A stretch of 64,000 bases of DNA from an uncultured delta proteobacterium (GTDB taxonomy: Bacteria > Desulfobacterota > Desulfomonilia > Desulfomonilales > Desulfomonilaceae). Positions within the stretch are counted from its first letter, which is position 1. Every line of letters begins with the position of its first letter. The position numbers and the translations under genes were made by a program. Below the pieces are notes generated by a model. That model was not told where the DNA came from, did not search any database, and saw only the letters and a program-made list of their open reading frames with translations. The stretch covers positions 320,001 to 384,000 of the forward strand of contig CAWBKB010000005.1 of NCBI GenBank assembly GCA_963789265.1, in the 5' to 3' direction. Shown here piece by piece: positions 22,916 through 32,840 of this stretch.

Positions 22916-23166
22916 ACCTGCTGACACAAGCGTTTCGTCTTCCGAGGATGGACGGGCAAGTTGAAGCTCTCTCGGAAATGGATTTGCAACTGAAAATCGT
23001 GACATCGTTCTTGCCTTCCCGGCAGCCCGCGTTCCGCGCGGGACCGGGCCGGCATCGAACGTCCCGCCTAGCCTCCCGCATTTTGAGCCCCATTGGGAAG
23101 AACGTAGAATGGTGCTTCAGAAAATGTCCCAAAACCTTTGAACTGGACGAGATCGTGCAACGAAAT

Positions 23167-23260
23167 CCCCTCACCCCTTCCCTGTCCCAAATGGCGAGGG
23201 GACTATAAGAGCCGCTTTAGTTCAGCTCCCTCTCCCTCCGGGAGAGGGTTGGGGTGAGGG
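23167..23260. repeat. REP-like palindromic repeat (CCCCTCACCCC...CCCTCTCCC..GGGAGAGGG..GGGGTGAGGG type)
   Basis: Terminal inverted repeat CCCTCACCCC/GGGGTGAGGG enclosing two internal hairpins. Confidence 0.75.
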
Positions 23261-23442
23261 CAATGAAATGCGCACCAAGCTTAGTAGTGCCACGATTCTG
23301 GGCATCAAATTAGTTTTGAGACAGTTTCTTCAGTCCCGGCTATCGTTTTGTCTAAACCCAATGTCCTGTCCCGCAAATAACTTGCATAACCGGTCCCCTG
23401 ATCCTTTGCACAAGTGTCCGACTAAGCTCAGACGGTCGGGGT

Positions 23443-23529
23443 TGTCATTGCGAGCGCAGAGAAGCAGTCCTACAGGGTTGCAGAATTAGTCCCGGAGATT
23501 GCTTCGTCACTTCGCTCCTCGCAATGACA
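23443..23529. repeat. Palindromic repeat of the TGTCATTGCGAG...GAGATTGCTTCGTC...CTCGCAATGACA type
   Basis: Perfect 12-bp terminal inverted repeat; a degenerate second copy lies at 28079..28175. Confidence 0.8.
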
Positions 23530-23682
23530 TTGACTCCAGTATTGGCTAACAGCAGGACACCACACTAACTTTCGTTTTTGAACTCCCACCTTTCGTCCGG
23601 AGCGGTCCCCAGACTGACAATAGAGTGGCCGACCAGCCTCTATCCCATTAGCCGTTGATTCCAAGAGGCCAGGAAAAATCCC

Positions 23683-23740
23683 TTGACACGTTTCGGTAAT
23701 ACCTTGTAATATACGGCCGTGGGTAATACATAATAATACC
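23683..23740 (+). promoter_or_regulatory. Promoter with tandem (G/A)TAATA operator-like repeats upstream of the porin locus
   Basis: TTGACA at 23683. GTAATA at 23696, 23706 and 23723 and ATAATA at 23733 form two pairs with a 10-bp period overlapping the spacer and -10. Confidence 0.6.
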
Positions 23741-23937
23741 TGAAGCTAAAGAACGATGAACGCAATTGGAATAAGTTCGCGGCCCGCATGGGTCAAACGG
23801 CTGCGATTTCGTTCGGTGAAGTCGCACCCTGCTTTGATGTTTTCGAGTTGGTTTGTGCGTGCGACTGGAGTCCGGCTTTGTGCCAGTACCTGTCAATGCT
23901 GTCGTGAATATTCGGTGTAATTAAAGGAGGATGGGTT

Positions 23938-24184
23938 ATGGGAAGGTTTTGCCTCTGGGCATTGGCCATCGGTTTGTGCCTATGCTTTGCGCTTGACAGA
24001 GGAGACAAGAGAAAAGCAGAATTGGGATAACCCAGGGTATTTATTTCAAAAATGTAACATATGGCGCGATGCGGGCTTAGGTTTTCTGCGTAAGGTTTTG
24101 CAGAACGTGGATGTTCCGGATCTTCTTCAGAGGATGATGCTGGACGAGGAACGGATCTCAGTTTGCATTTTATATGGGGTTTGA
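23938..24184 (+). CDS. Small exported hypothetical protein, one apparent frameshift near 23990
   Basis: Strong AAAGGAGG RBS and signal-like MGRFCLWALAIGLCLCFA, continuing in the 23987..24184 frame. Confidence 0.45.
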
Positions 24185-24310
24185 GCTAGCGGGCCTCCGT
24201 GTTTTGATCGCGCTGTGACGTTGCCTCAGGCGGATGGGTTGAGAGTTCTGGCTTGGGGTTACTTTATTGATATTTCAATGCAATTGCATGAATGAGGAGG
24301 AACAGGGTAC

Positions 24311-26110
24311 ATGAAGAAACTAGCCTTGGCGCTTCTTTGCCTAGCGTGTGTCCCCATCTCGGTGATTCCCGCCCTGGGGTGGGAATTTCAAATGACCGGA
24401 TCCATGAGCTGGAACTTTGGGTTTTACAATCAACAGGGGGGTAAGGGCTTTTTCGGCCCATGTAACATTGACGTAGATGACAACGGACAGGCCTCCAACC
24501 TCAACTTCTGGTGGAACGGGCCGAACTTTTCCCAAAATCTGGTCACCGGTGAGACCGCCGGCTTGTCCTATCTTTCCATTGTCTTGGATCCGACCATAAC
24601 GATCAACCCCGCGATCAAACTCAATAGCGAAATCCATTTGGGCCAGTGGGAGAACCCACAGGCCAGCTACTATTTTACCCAGGACTCTCCCGGCACCGCG
24701 AATGCCATGAGTGAAGCCCAGTTCACCCAATTCTGGGCCACAGCACAATTGCCCTGGGGGACGTTTGGTGTCGGAAAGAGACCGTGGAAATTCGGCACGG
24801 GGCTACAGTATGATGGGTCCGACGCGCTCACGAGCGAATCTCTTCTTCTGAACAGCGGATACGGACCTTTCGACATCGGCTTGGGCGTATATGTGCACCT
24901 GCCAGTGAGACCAGGTCATACCATCACCTTAGACCCCTATGACCTGGCCATTTTCGGAGTGCAACCTTACTTCAATTTCACGGACAATAGCGGAGCGTTA
25001 ATATATGATACGCTGGCTTATACGATGTACAACAGTGGCCCCGTCCAGATGGGAATCCTCGGGGCGTTCGGGAGCTATCACATCGGACCGGAAGGAGTTC
25101 TGCGCACGTTGATAGCCGGCGCCCTGCCGCCAGCTACTGCGGATAGGGCCTTGGATTCGAGTTTCTTCCACGGTACCGGGTTCATGAAGTATAACAACGG
25201 CAGATTCTTCTTCAACGCAGAGGCTGCCTGGTTGTACTGGACAGACCGTGTGACGGGTCCGGGGGTGTTCGCCTCTCCTCTCACCGACGACGCAATCAGC
25301 GCCTTTGTTACTGCCTCGAACTATGCGTCTCCGTTGTTCTCCCCCCCAACTTTCCTTCCGAGTGCCCGGTACACCGAGCAGTGGCGATACATGGCGGAGG
25401 CCGGGGTTTATTGCGGTCCGTCCAAACTCAGTTTTCTATACGCCTGGAGCCCCGGGCCGGATCGGAGGAATGGTCAGCTTATCGACAGACAGTCGGCCGC
25501 GTTCGTATGGCATCCCACTTTTGATACGTTTCTAGGAAATTATGACGTGTTCCGGCCGTACAGCTATATTTTTATGTACAGCTACGGCTGCGGCTTCGAC
25601 GCTTTCAGCCTTTCTGCGGACGGATACTTGAGAGACGCACAGGTGCTTGCTACTAGACTCGACTACGCGGTCGCGTCTAACCTGAACGTGTACGGGGCCT
25701 TCATGTACGCCAACCGCACCTCAAACGGATACGGCTGGGGCTGCATAAGCCCACTCGTTCATACCACTGCCGGAATTGGCTCCTTCGACAATGTCGACGG
25801 CAATGTGCACTACAATCTCAATGGCAACACGGGCAATACGAAGCCTCTTGCTACACCTCCCAATATTCCCGATACGGCTCTGGGCTACGAGGTGGACGGC
25901 GGTGTGGACTGGCAGCTCCTGTCGAGCTTTACCACCAGTGTGCTGGTGGGATATTGGCAGCCGGGCAAATGGCTCAACTTTGCGTGCATCGATAGATCCG
26001 TACCGGGTTGGAGGACTGCTCCAAATGCCGAAAACAATTGGGGAACTCGTCCGGACAAGGCCATCAATCCCATTGTAGCGGGACAGGTCACGATGACATT
26101 CTCTTTCTAA
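24311..26110 (+). CDS. Outer-membrane porin-like beta-barrel protein
   Basis: Signal peptide (ALG-WEF), aromatic/Gly-rich beta-strand pattern, C-terminal ...QVTMTFSF and GAGGAGG RBS. Confidence 0.7.
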   Translation: MKKLALALLCLACVPISVIPALGWEFQMTGSMSWNFGFYNQQGGKGFFGPCNIDVDDNGQASNLNFWWNGPNFSQNLVTGETAGLSYLSIVLDPTITINPAIKLNSEIHLGQWENPQASYYFTQDSPGTANAMSEAQFTQFWATAQLPWGTFGVGKRPWKFGTGLQYDGSDALTSESLLLNSGYGPFDIGLGVYVHLPVRPGHTITLDPYDLAIFGVQPYFNFTDNSGALIYDTLAYTMYNSGPVQMGILGAFGSYHIGPEGVLRTLIAGALPPATADRALDSSFFHGTGFMKYNNGRFFFNAEAAWLYWTDRVTGPGVFASPLTDDAISAFVTASNYASPLFSPPTFLPSARYTEQWRYMAEAGVYCGPSKLSFLYAWSPGPDRRNGQLIDRQSAAFVWHPTFDTFLGNYDVFRPYSYIFMYSYGCGFDAFSLSADGYLRDAQVLATRLDYAVASNLNVYGAFMYANRTSNGYGWGCISPLVHTTAGIGSFDNVDGNVHYNLNGNTGNTKPLATPPNIPDTALGYEVDGGVDWQLLSSFTTSVLVGYWQPGKWLNFACIDRSVPGWRTAPNAENNWGTRPDKAINPIVAGQVTMTFSF

Positions 26111-26179
26111 GAGTCTCGCAACCACCTGACTCACCTACTCCGTTGTGGGGGATCATTTCTGTTGAGAGGGGTTTAGCAA

Positions 26180-26452
26180 ATGAAAAGGATTCTATTGGCA
26201 TTGCTTGTCACGGGTCTTGTCGCAACCATCGGGTATGGAATAAGCCCCTTTGGGGCCGCCGAAGGTGCTGGTCCTGGGATATGCTCTGCCGCGACGAGTA
26301 CGGCGCCCCATGGCCGACATTTCAGCGGCCTGTCAAAAGCCGAAGGATGGCCGGGCGGAATCACCAGTCACCTTTTCCAGGTGCTCCACGAGTCTCATAC
26401 TTACATCGCCGCGGGTGATGACGAAGGAAAGGCCGGGGACGAAGACAAGTAG
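26180..26452 (+). CDS. Small exported hypothetical protein with a His-containing and acidic C-terminus
   Basis: MKRILLALLVTGLVA signal and GAGGGG RBS; lies between the porin and the regulator. Confidence 0.5.
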   Translation: MKRILLALLVTGLVATIGYGISPFGAAEGAGPGICSAATSTAPHGRHFSGLSKAEGWPGGITSHLFQVLHESHTYIAAGDDEGKAGDEDK

Positions 26453-26668
26453 GAAGAGGAGGAGCCGGCAGGTATAGACCGCATCTGGGGTGTGGTGCAA
26501 TACGGCTAGGGGACCGTATGGTAGCCTATTGGAAATCATCCTGAATATAGGCAAGAAGCCATTTTGCGGAGGCAATTATCTTGTTGATGATATCGGTGGG
26601 TCTTGCCACGTCTGTTAAGTTTGGTCTTTTGGACGGCATTCTTCGTCAACGGGGTGGGCCCAAGCGTC

Positions 26669-26697
26669 TTGACACAGCGGTGTTACGAAGTAATAAT
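26669..26697 (+). promoter_or_regulatory. Promoter of the regulator-znuACB unit with a GTGTTA/GTAATA repeat pair
   Basis: TTGACA-N17-AATAAT; GTGTTAC at 26680 and GTAATA at 26690 (10-bp period). Confidence 0.6.
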
Positions 26698-26739
26698 GGC
26701 CACGGCTTGAAGACCACCCATGTCTTGAGGGAACTGCCC

Positions 26740-27030
26740 ATGAGCAAAGAAAAATTGGACATCATCACATTCAAGGTCCCTGAGTCCCTGAGAGAGGCTA
26801 TGAAAGGGATTCCCAACAGATCGGAATTCATACGCGCGGCTGTGGTCGCGGCTCTAGATAGTGTATGTCCTCTGTGCAAGGGCACAGGGGTCATGATGCC
26901 TAACCAGCGGCCGCACTGGAATAAGTTCGTCAACGATCATCACTTCGAGGAATGTGAAACCTGCAGCGCAGTTCACGTTGTGTGCGACCACAGCCCTGAT
27001 GAACCTGTGCACGTTCATGAAACCGGTTAA
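26740..27030 (+). CDS. Ribbon-helix-helix (CopG/NikR-like) DNA-binding protein with a Cys/His metal-binding C-terminus
   Basis: IITFKVPESL...NRSEFIRAAVVAAL (beta-alpha-alpha pattern), then CPLC, HH, CETC, H..C.H and HVH; GAGGG RBS. Confidence 0.75.
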   Translation: MSKEKLDIITFKVPESLREAMKGIPNRSEFIRAAVVAALDSVCPLCKGTGVMMPNQRPHWNKFVNDHHFEECETCSAVHVVCDHSPDEPVHVHETG

Positions 27031-27077
27031 TACAGCCCCAATTCCGGGGACATATAAGATTATGGAGGTAACGTTCG

Positions 27078-28022
27078 ATGCGAAAATGTTTGGCCACGGT
27101 GATTTTCACATTACTAGTTGCCCTGTGCGTTGGTTTGCCTGCCAGTGCCCGGGTTAAACATCCCGGCAAGGTGAAAGTATTCGTGAGCATATTACCAGCC
27201 GCCTATTTTGTGGAACGTGTAGGGGGGCCTAATGTGGAAGTGAGTGTGTTGGTAGGTCCGGGGCAAGAACCGCATACATTCGAGCCTACGCCCAAACTGG
27301 TAGCCAAGCTGGCCGACGCACAAGTCCTTTTTGGAATGGGTTTTCCCTTCGAGGAAACAGTGACCAAGAAGGCAGGATCAACGTTCAAGAAGCTGGAACT
27401 GGTGAATCTCCAGCAAGGAATAAAACTGAGGTCCATGACCAAGGAAGAGGCTGCGGCCGAGGAGGCGGAACACGAGCACGAACACGGCCATGCAGAGGCG
27501 GAAGAGCATGAACACGGACAGGGTGAGATGGACCCTCACACATGGCTTAATCCTAAGCTTGCGAAGATTCAGGCTGGAACGATAGCGGACACGTTGATGC
27601 GAATCGACCCCAGCCATAAGGCTCAGTACGAAAAGAATCTGAAGAAATTCCAGACCGATCTGGACGCGGTGGACGCCCGGTTGAGAAAGGCCCTCGCTCC
27701 AGTGAAAGGCAAGAGCTTCTTCGTATTTCATCCCGCTTTCGGTTATTTCGGAGACGAGTACGGCCTGAAACAGGTTCCTGTGGAAGTAGAAGGGAAAGAG
27801 CCAACGGGGAAACAGGTTGCGCGATTGATAGATTTGGCCAAAAAGGATGGGATCAAGGTTGTTTTCGTAGAGCCGCAGTTCTCAAAAAAAAGTGCCACTG
27901 TCTTGGCGAAGAGTATTGGCGGGGCAGTGGTCCCACTTGACCCTCTGGCTGCGGACTATCTTAAGAATCTCAAGGAAATAGCAGCCAAGCTGGATTCGGC
28001 CCTCCGTGCCCAGAAGAAATAG
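27078..28022 (+). CDS. znuA: Zinc ABC transporter substrate-binding protein
   Basis: GQEPHTFEP, His/Glu-rich loop EHEHEHGH, DPHTWL, FHPAFGYF and LDPL. Confidence 0.9.
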   Translation: MRKCLATVIFTLLVALCVGLPASARVKHPGKVKVFVSILPAAYFVERVGGPNVEVSVLVGPGQEPHTFEPTPKLVAKLADAQVLFGMGFPFEETVTKKAGSTFKKLELVNLQQGIKLRSMTKEEAAAEEAEHEHEHGHAEAEEHEHGQGEMDPHTWLNPKLAKIQAGTIADTLMRIDPSHKAQYEKNLKKFQTDLDAVDARLRKALAPVKGKSFFVFHPAFGYFGDEYGLKQVPVEVEGKEPTGKQVARLIDLAKKDGIKVVFVEPQFSKKSATVLAKSIGGAVVPLDPLAADYLKNLKEIAAKLDSALRAQKK

Positions 28023-28078
28023 ACGGTTAGGCCGGGCGTACACCATGAGCGAGTTAGGCATTCAATCGTCTGGGGCAA

Positions 28079-28175
28079 TGTCATTGCTAGCAGCAACGCG
28101 AGCATGCAATCCGACCCTTGAGAGTTCTCGACCAAATAGATTGTCTCGTCCCGCGGGACGCGGAACCGGCAATGA
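28079..28175. repeat. Degenerate TGTCATTGC...GCAATGA repeat carrying a 19-bp mini-palindrome (28148..28166)
   Basis: Ends match the 23443 repeat; internal GTCCCGCGGGACGCGGAAC. Confidence 0.6.
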
Positions 28176-28218
28176 AACCGGTGTGACCACGTCCTTGCCC
28201 TTATGACTGAATAGGAAC

Positions 28219-28983
28219 ATGAACGAAAAGGATTCCCTTGCAATTTCTATAGAGGGTTTGTGGTTTTCCTATGACGGCCATCCCGTGCTGGAAGACGTGA
28301 ATCTTGCCATTACAATAAGTGATTTTGTCTCCGTCGTGGGTCCTAACGGCGGAGGCAAAACGACCTTGTTGAAGCTCATCCTAGGCTTGCTACGACCTTC
28401 GCGTGGTGAGATCCGCATATTTGGATTGACGCCGGAGAAGGCAAGGCCGCGTATAGGATACATGCCCCAGCATTCCCAATTGGATCCGCAGTTTCCGGCG
28501 ACAGTTACGGACGTAGCTCTGATGGGACGCCTCGGTCACGGGAGTCCGTTTGGACGCTATTCGCGGAAAGACAAAGAGATCGTGGCTGCGGCTTTGGACC
28601 AGGTGGGGTTGTACGATCTGCGTAAGAAGGCCTTTTCATCAATTTCCGGTGGCCAGCGTCAAAGACTGTTCGTAGCTAGGGCTTTGGCTTGCGAACCCGA
28701 GATGCTGCTCCTGGACGAACCCACTGCCAATCTGGACATGGTAATGGAAGGGGATCTGTACGAGTTGCTCCAGACCCTGAACCTGCGGCTCACCGTGGTA
28801 ATGGTTTCCCATGACCTCGGATTTGTCTCGGAAGTCGTAAAAAGCGTGGTCTGCGTCAAACGTAAGGTAATGATGCACCCGACCAGTGAAATTACCGGCG
28901 AAATAATCAATGAGATTTATGGCTCACCTATGCGAATCGTGAGGCATAACGGACAGGAGAAGTGCGATTGCTGCAATTTTTGA
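28219..28983 (+). CDS. znuC: Metal ABC transporter ATP-binding protein
   Basis: GPNGGGKTT, ISGGQRQR, LLLDEP and SHD. Confidence 0.9.
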   Translation: MNEKDSLAISIEGLWFSYDGHPVLEDVNLAITISDFVSVVGPNGGGKTTLLKLILGLLRPSRGEIRIFGLTPEKARPRIGYMPQHSQLDPQFPATVTDVALMGRLGHGSPFGRYSRKDKEIVAAALDQVGLYDLRKKAFSSISGGQRQRLFVARALACEPEMLLLDEPTANLDMVMEGDLYELLQTLNLRLTVVMVSHDLGFVSEVVKSVVCVKRKVMMHPTSEITGEIINEIYGSPMRIVRHNGQEKCDCCNF

Positions 28984-29816
28984 CAGATGTGCAACACTAC
29001 TCCTTTCTCCAAAATGCGCTTTTGACCGGGCTTCTTTCCAGTGTGGCCTGTGGAATTATCGGGACATATATCGTTGTTCGGCGAATTTCGTATATTGCCG
29101 ATGGTATTGCCCATACCGTACTCGGAGGAATGGGAGCTGCTCTGTACCTTCACCGCGTCTACCATTTGCATGCATTGGTACCCATCCACGGCGCTCTGGT
29201 CGCAGCCGTAATCGCTGCCGTCATCATTGGTCTGGTCAGCCTTTGGGCCAAACAGAGGGAAGACACCGTAATCAGTGCTCTCTGGGCGGTGGGAATGGCA
29301 GTCGGGATAGTCTTCATTTCCCGAACGCCCGGCTATAGCGAAGATCTGATGGGATACTTATTTGGCAACATTCTCATGGTGTCCAGTACTGACCTATGGA
29401 TGCTTGCCGGACTGGACGTCATAATAGTGGCCGTCGGGCTCCTATTCTATAACCAGTTCCTGGCAGTCTGCTTTGATCAGGAGTTCGCACGCCTGCGCGG
29501 TCTCAAGGTTGAGCTTTTCTATCTGCTATTACTTGGGCTGGCCGCCTTGACCGTGGTAGTCCTTGCCACAGTGGTCGGTATTGTAATGGTAATAGCCTTG
29601 TTGACCCTGCCCATAGGCATTGCAGCGCTATTGTCCAACACCATGTGGCGCATGATGGCCATCTCAGCGATTTTGTGCGCAATCTTCACCACATCCGGAC
29701 TGGTGGCCAGCTATGGGCCTGACTATCCGGCGGGCGCCACCACCATCATCATTGCCGGCGCAGCCTACCTGGGAGCTGCAACGATTAGATGGGCTCTGAG
29801 CCGAGGCAGGGTCTAG
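28962..29816 (+). CDS. znuB: Metal ABC transporter permease
   Basis: GIAHTVLGG, YLFGNIL and FDQEFARLRG; multiple transmembrane helices. Confidence 0.9.
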   Translation: MRLLQFLTDVQHYSFLQNALLTGLLSSVACGIIGTYIVVRRISYIADGIAHTVLGGMGAALYLHRVYHLHALVPIHGALVAAVIAAVIIGLVSLWAKQREDTVISALWAVGMAVGIVFISRTPGYSEDLMGYLFGNILMVSSTDLWMLAGLDVIIVAVGLLFYNQFLAVCFDQEFARLRGLKVELFYLLLLGLAALTVVVLATVVGIVMVIALLTLPIGIAALLSNTMWRMMAISAILCAIFTTSGLVASYGPDYPAGATTIIIAGAAYLGAATIRWALSRGRV

Positions 29817-29856
29817 AATATGGCTGAGTTCAAGTGGCCGTTTAATCGAGGCACAG

Positions 29857-31206
29857 TTACGCGTGGGGATTATTGTTTGTTGCAGCCTGCCTCAGAAAAC
29901 GAGTCTGGGCATTCATCACGTCGTTGAATCGGTTTTTGAGTGGAGCCGGAACGGCTTGGGGATATTTGAACATCTTTATTTTCGTCGGATCGATCCGCTT
30001 CCCGTTAGCTATAATTTCAAAAAAAAGATGGTGCCCGGTAGATCGACCGGTAGATCCTACAAGGCCAATTGTTTGACGTTGTTTGACACTTTGGCCCTTC
30101 TTCACCAGTATAGAACTGAGATGGCTGTACCGGCTTTCGTAGCCATTTTTATGGCGTATGCACACGTAGAGGCCGTATGCTTTCCCACGGCCTTGAAAAG
30201 TGACAGTTCCGTCAGCGACAGCGTATACCGGTGTCCCGGTGGGAGCGCCATAATCCACACCGGTATGAAATTTCCACACCTGAAGTATGGGATGGATACG
30301 CCAGCCGTAACCTGAGGTGATACGAAGCGTGTTCAGAGGTGCTCTTAGGTAGTCCTTCTTGAGTTCAACTCCGTTTTCATTGTAATACTCACCGTTGAAG
30401 AGACACGCGGTCTTCCTGCCGGTTTGCTTGCCTTCGTAAATTGCCATAAGGATTCTTCCATACCCGGCAGGCCTATCGTCAGCGTAACGTCTCTCAAAGA
30501 CAATCTTGCATTTGTCTCCGCTTCTTATATCTGATTGAAAATCAATATCCCATCGGAAAACATGGGTGAGCTTGAGAGCCAATTCTCTTCCCTCGTGGGC
30601 AGCCGTTATGGAGCGGACAAAATCGTGTTGGACTTTGAAACAAAGCATTTCCTTCTTGTAGTCCAGGACCACATCTTCCTTCCACGATTTGATGACGTTG
30701 TTCTCTTTTTTACAATGAAAAACACGTGCCGGATCCAGCTCGATTGTAGCTTGCTGGAAGTCGCCCTTCCGATCAACGCGTATAACAAACCTCTTCCCGG
30801 GGGGAATCTCGTCCGTCGGCAGAAAACGCTTTCCAAGGTCAGCTTGGATTACTGAGGCCAAGCTCTTGGCGACTTGTCGGACTTCCTTGGTGTCGCAGAA
30901 GCTGAGCGAAAACAGGGAAAGCAGAGTATCCCCGTTACTAGTCATGTCCGAGATTTCAACTGGATTCCCATTTGGAAGAATATTACACGCTGACGGACCG
31001 CGATCAGTACGAGACGAATCAGCCTCAACTTCGGCAGAATTGGACTGGGGGATATAAGAGCAGGCCGGGGAATTATCTTTGTACCCAAGAAGGAAATCGG
31101 CAAATCCGGCAACCAGAAAAATCGCGGCGATAATGACTGAAACAGTCAGTATCTTCGCGTAGGAGATGCGCTTTGCAGGTCTTCTCAACCCTGGATAGTA
31201 CTTCAT
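29857..31206 (-). CDS. M23-family (MepM-like) peptidoglycan peptidase domain protein
   Basis: N-terminal membrane anchor, HTGVDY (HxxxD), YSHLS and STGHHLFFE at the position of the HxH motif. Confidence 0.85.
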   Translation of the reverse strand: MKYYPGLRRPAKRISYAKILTVSVIIAAIFLVAGFADFLLGYKDNSPACSYIPQSNSAEVEADSSRTDRGPSACNILPNGNPVEISDMTSNGDTLLSLFSLSFCDTKEVRQVAKSLASVIQADLGKRFLPTDEIPPGKRFVIRVDRKGDFQQATIELDPARVFHCKKENNVIKSWKEDVVLDYKKEMLCFKVQHDFVRSITAAHEGRELALKLTHVFRWDIDFQSDIRSGDKCKIVFERRYADDRPAGYGRILMAIYEGKQTGRKTACLFNGEYYNENGVELKKDYLRAPLNTLRITSGYGWRIHPILQVWKFHTGVDYGAPTGTPVYAVADGTVTFQGRGKAYGLYVCIRHKNGYESRYSHLSSILVKKGQSVKQRQTIGLVGSTGRSTGHHLFFEIIANGKRIDPTKIKMFKYPQAVPAPLKNRFNDVMNAQTRFLRQAATNNNPHA

Positions 31207-31378
31207 CGGAGGGCAGCCCAAAGGTACTTTAAACAGTTGGAAATAAGAAAATAGAGTCCACGGGTAATTCGCTTACCCGACTTCGCTATTTACTTATCAT
31301 GGTCCATCCATAAACGCAATCCAAAAAGACCTTCGGCCGTAATCCCTCAGTTACCAGCGGGAAAGTGTCATTAAACCT

Positions 31379-31457
31379 GTGGGGCAGTCCCGCGAGGCGC
31401 GGGACAGCCTGCCGTCAGCCAAGTTAAGAAAAAGACAGGCTGGAAAGCCTGCCCCAC
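31379..31457. repeat. REP pair (GTGGGGCAGGCTTTCCAGCCTG type); the left arm is interrupted by a 19-bp palindrome (31387..31405)
   Basis: Right arm GACAGGCTGGAAAGCCTGCCCCAC; left arm GTGGGGCA-[GTCCCGCGAGGCGCGGGAC]-AGCCTGCC. Confidence 0.8.
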
Positions 31458-31988
31458 GTACGTGAATGCTTACCTTCGGCCATAGCCTAATTCATCGAAT
31501 AATTGGATCGGAAAGCCGGCGCCCCTTTGTTCATCCGATGCATAGATTTTAAGGGTCGAGCCCAGCTTTTCTTCCGCGTTCATTCCCCGCGCGGAGTCCT
31601 AAGAGACCCGGGACACACTGGACCGGGGATCGGAGTCTGGAGTGACCTCGACAAATATGGGGCGAATCGGGCAAGAATTTTGGCAATTTTTATCCGTTGG
31701 GAGCCAAAGCGTGCCTCCTCATCTTCCTCTCTCATTTCCTTTTGCGATTATGTGCACAATTCCACCAAATCGATATCCGGTTCAAAGTCGATCACGCATT
31801 GGGATGAAGTCGAGAATTCATGCGCCCGGTTGGTTCAGAGCCACTCGCCGTTCCTTCCAGAAAAACCATGTTCAAACAGAACAATAATTTCTTTCTAATC
31901 TCATTTTAACCTGTATCGACAAAAATTTAGTCACTGGAATTAACAGAGATCGTGATTAAGGACCACTGTTTCTAGAAAGGGAAGACTC

Positions 31989-32840
31989 ATGTGTAAACGG
32001 TTGGCGTTCATCGCATGCATGCTGATTATTGCGGGCCAACTTGGGGATCACTGTTTCGCTCAAGACAAAAACGGCCTGAAAATATTGGGATCAAAATATG
32101 TGGCCTTTACGTTGATGGATTTGGCGAAGGCCTACATGGATCACCAGCCCAATGTCTCGATCAAGGTTGAAAGTGCCGACTCCTGGGAAGGATTCCATTC
32201 GTTCATGAAACAGAACTCCGATGCTCTCGCGGTCTTCGGACAGTTGGATCAAGATCGGATGGATGAAGCAAAAGGGAAAGGCGTAGCCCTGACGGAAAGG
32301 ATCATTGGTTGGGGTGCCGTAGCCATAATTACGCACCCGAAGAATCCCGTTAATAAGCTTACGATTGATCAGCTCAAGAAGATCTTCACGGAAGACTATA
32401 AGAATTGGAAGCAAGTGGGCGGCCCCGATCTGCCTATCGTAGTAATCAGCAGAGATGAAGCGACTTCAGGAACTGAACAGCTTTTTAGTGACCTCGTGCT
32501 CGATGGAATGCCGGTGGGACAGCAAACTAAACGCCTCATGTCCTACGACATAGTGCGCGCGGTCTTGAAGCAGCCCGGCTCAATTGCTGATGCCCGTTAT
32601 ACAGAGGCGATTCGGGGCAGGATTAGAGGAATGGTGAAGATCCTTTCACTGTGCAAAGATGAAAACAGTCCGGCGGTGATGCCGACAGCGGAAACATTGC
32701 AAAACCGCACCTATCCTCTATCTGCTCCGATGTCTGTTTATTACGATTCGAAACACTATTCCGGGGTCCTGCAAGCATTCACGGAATTCTGTTCAAGGCG
32801 AGGATTGGGCAAACGGTTCGCAGAATCTTTGCCCAAATAG
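31989..32840 (+). CDS. PstS-like periplasmic binding protein with no pstCAB nearby
   Basis: Signal peptide, THPKNPVNKLT..LKKIF, NWKQVGGPDLPI, RDEATSGT and YPLS. Confidence 0.8.
   Translation: MCKRLAFIACMLIIAGQLGDHCFAQDKNGLKILGSKYVAFTLMDLAKAYMDHQPNVSIKVESADSWEGFHSFMKQNSDALAVFGQLDQDRMDEAKGKGVALTERIIGWGAVAIITHPKNPVNKLTIDQLKKIFTEDYKNWKQVGGPDLPIVVISRDEATSGTEQLFSDLVLDGMPVGQQTKRLMSYDIVRAVLKQPGSIADARYTEAIRGRIRGMVKILSLCKDENSPAVMPTAETLQNRTYPLSAPMSVYYDSKHYSGVLQAFTEFCSRRGLGKRFAESLPK

Noticed and set aside
22909..23664. Short ORFs in the 22.9-23.7 kb gap
   Set aside because: They run across palindromic repeats and show no protein-like features.
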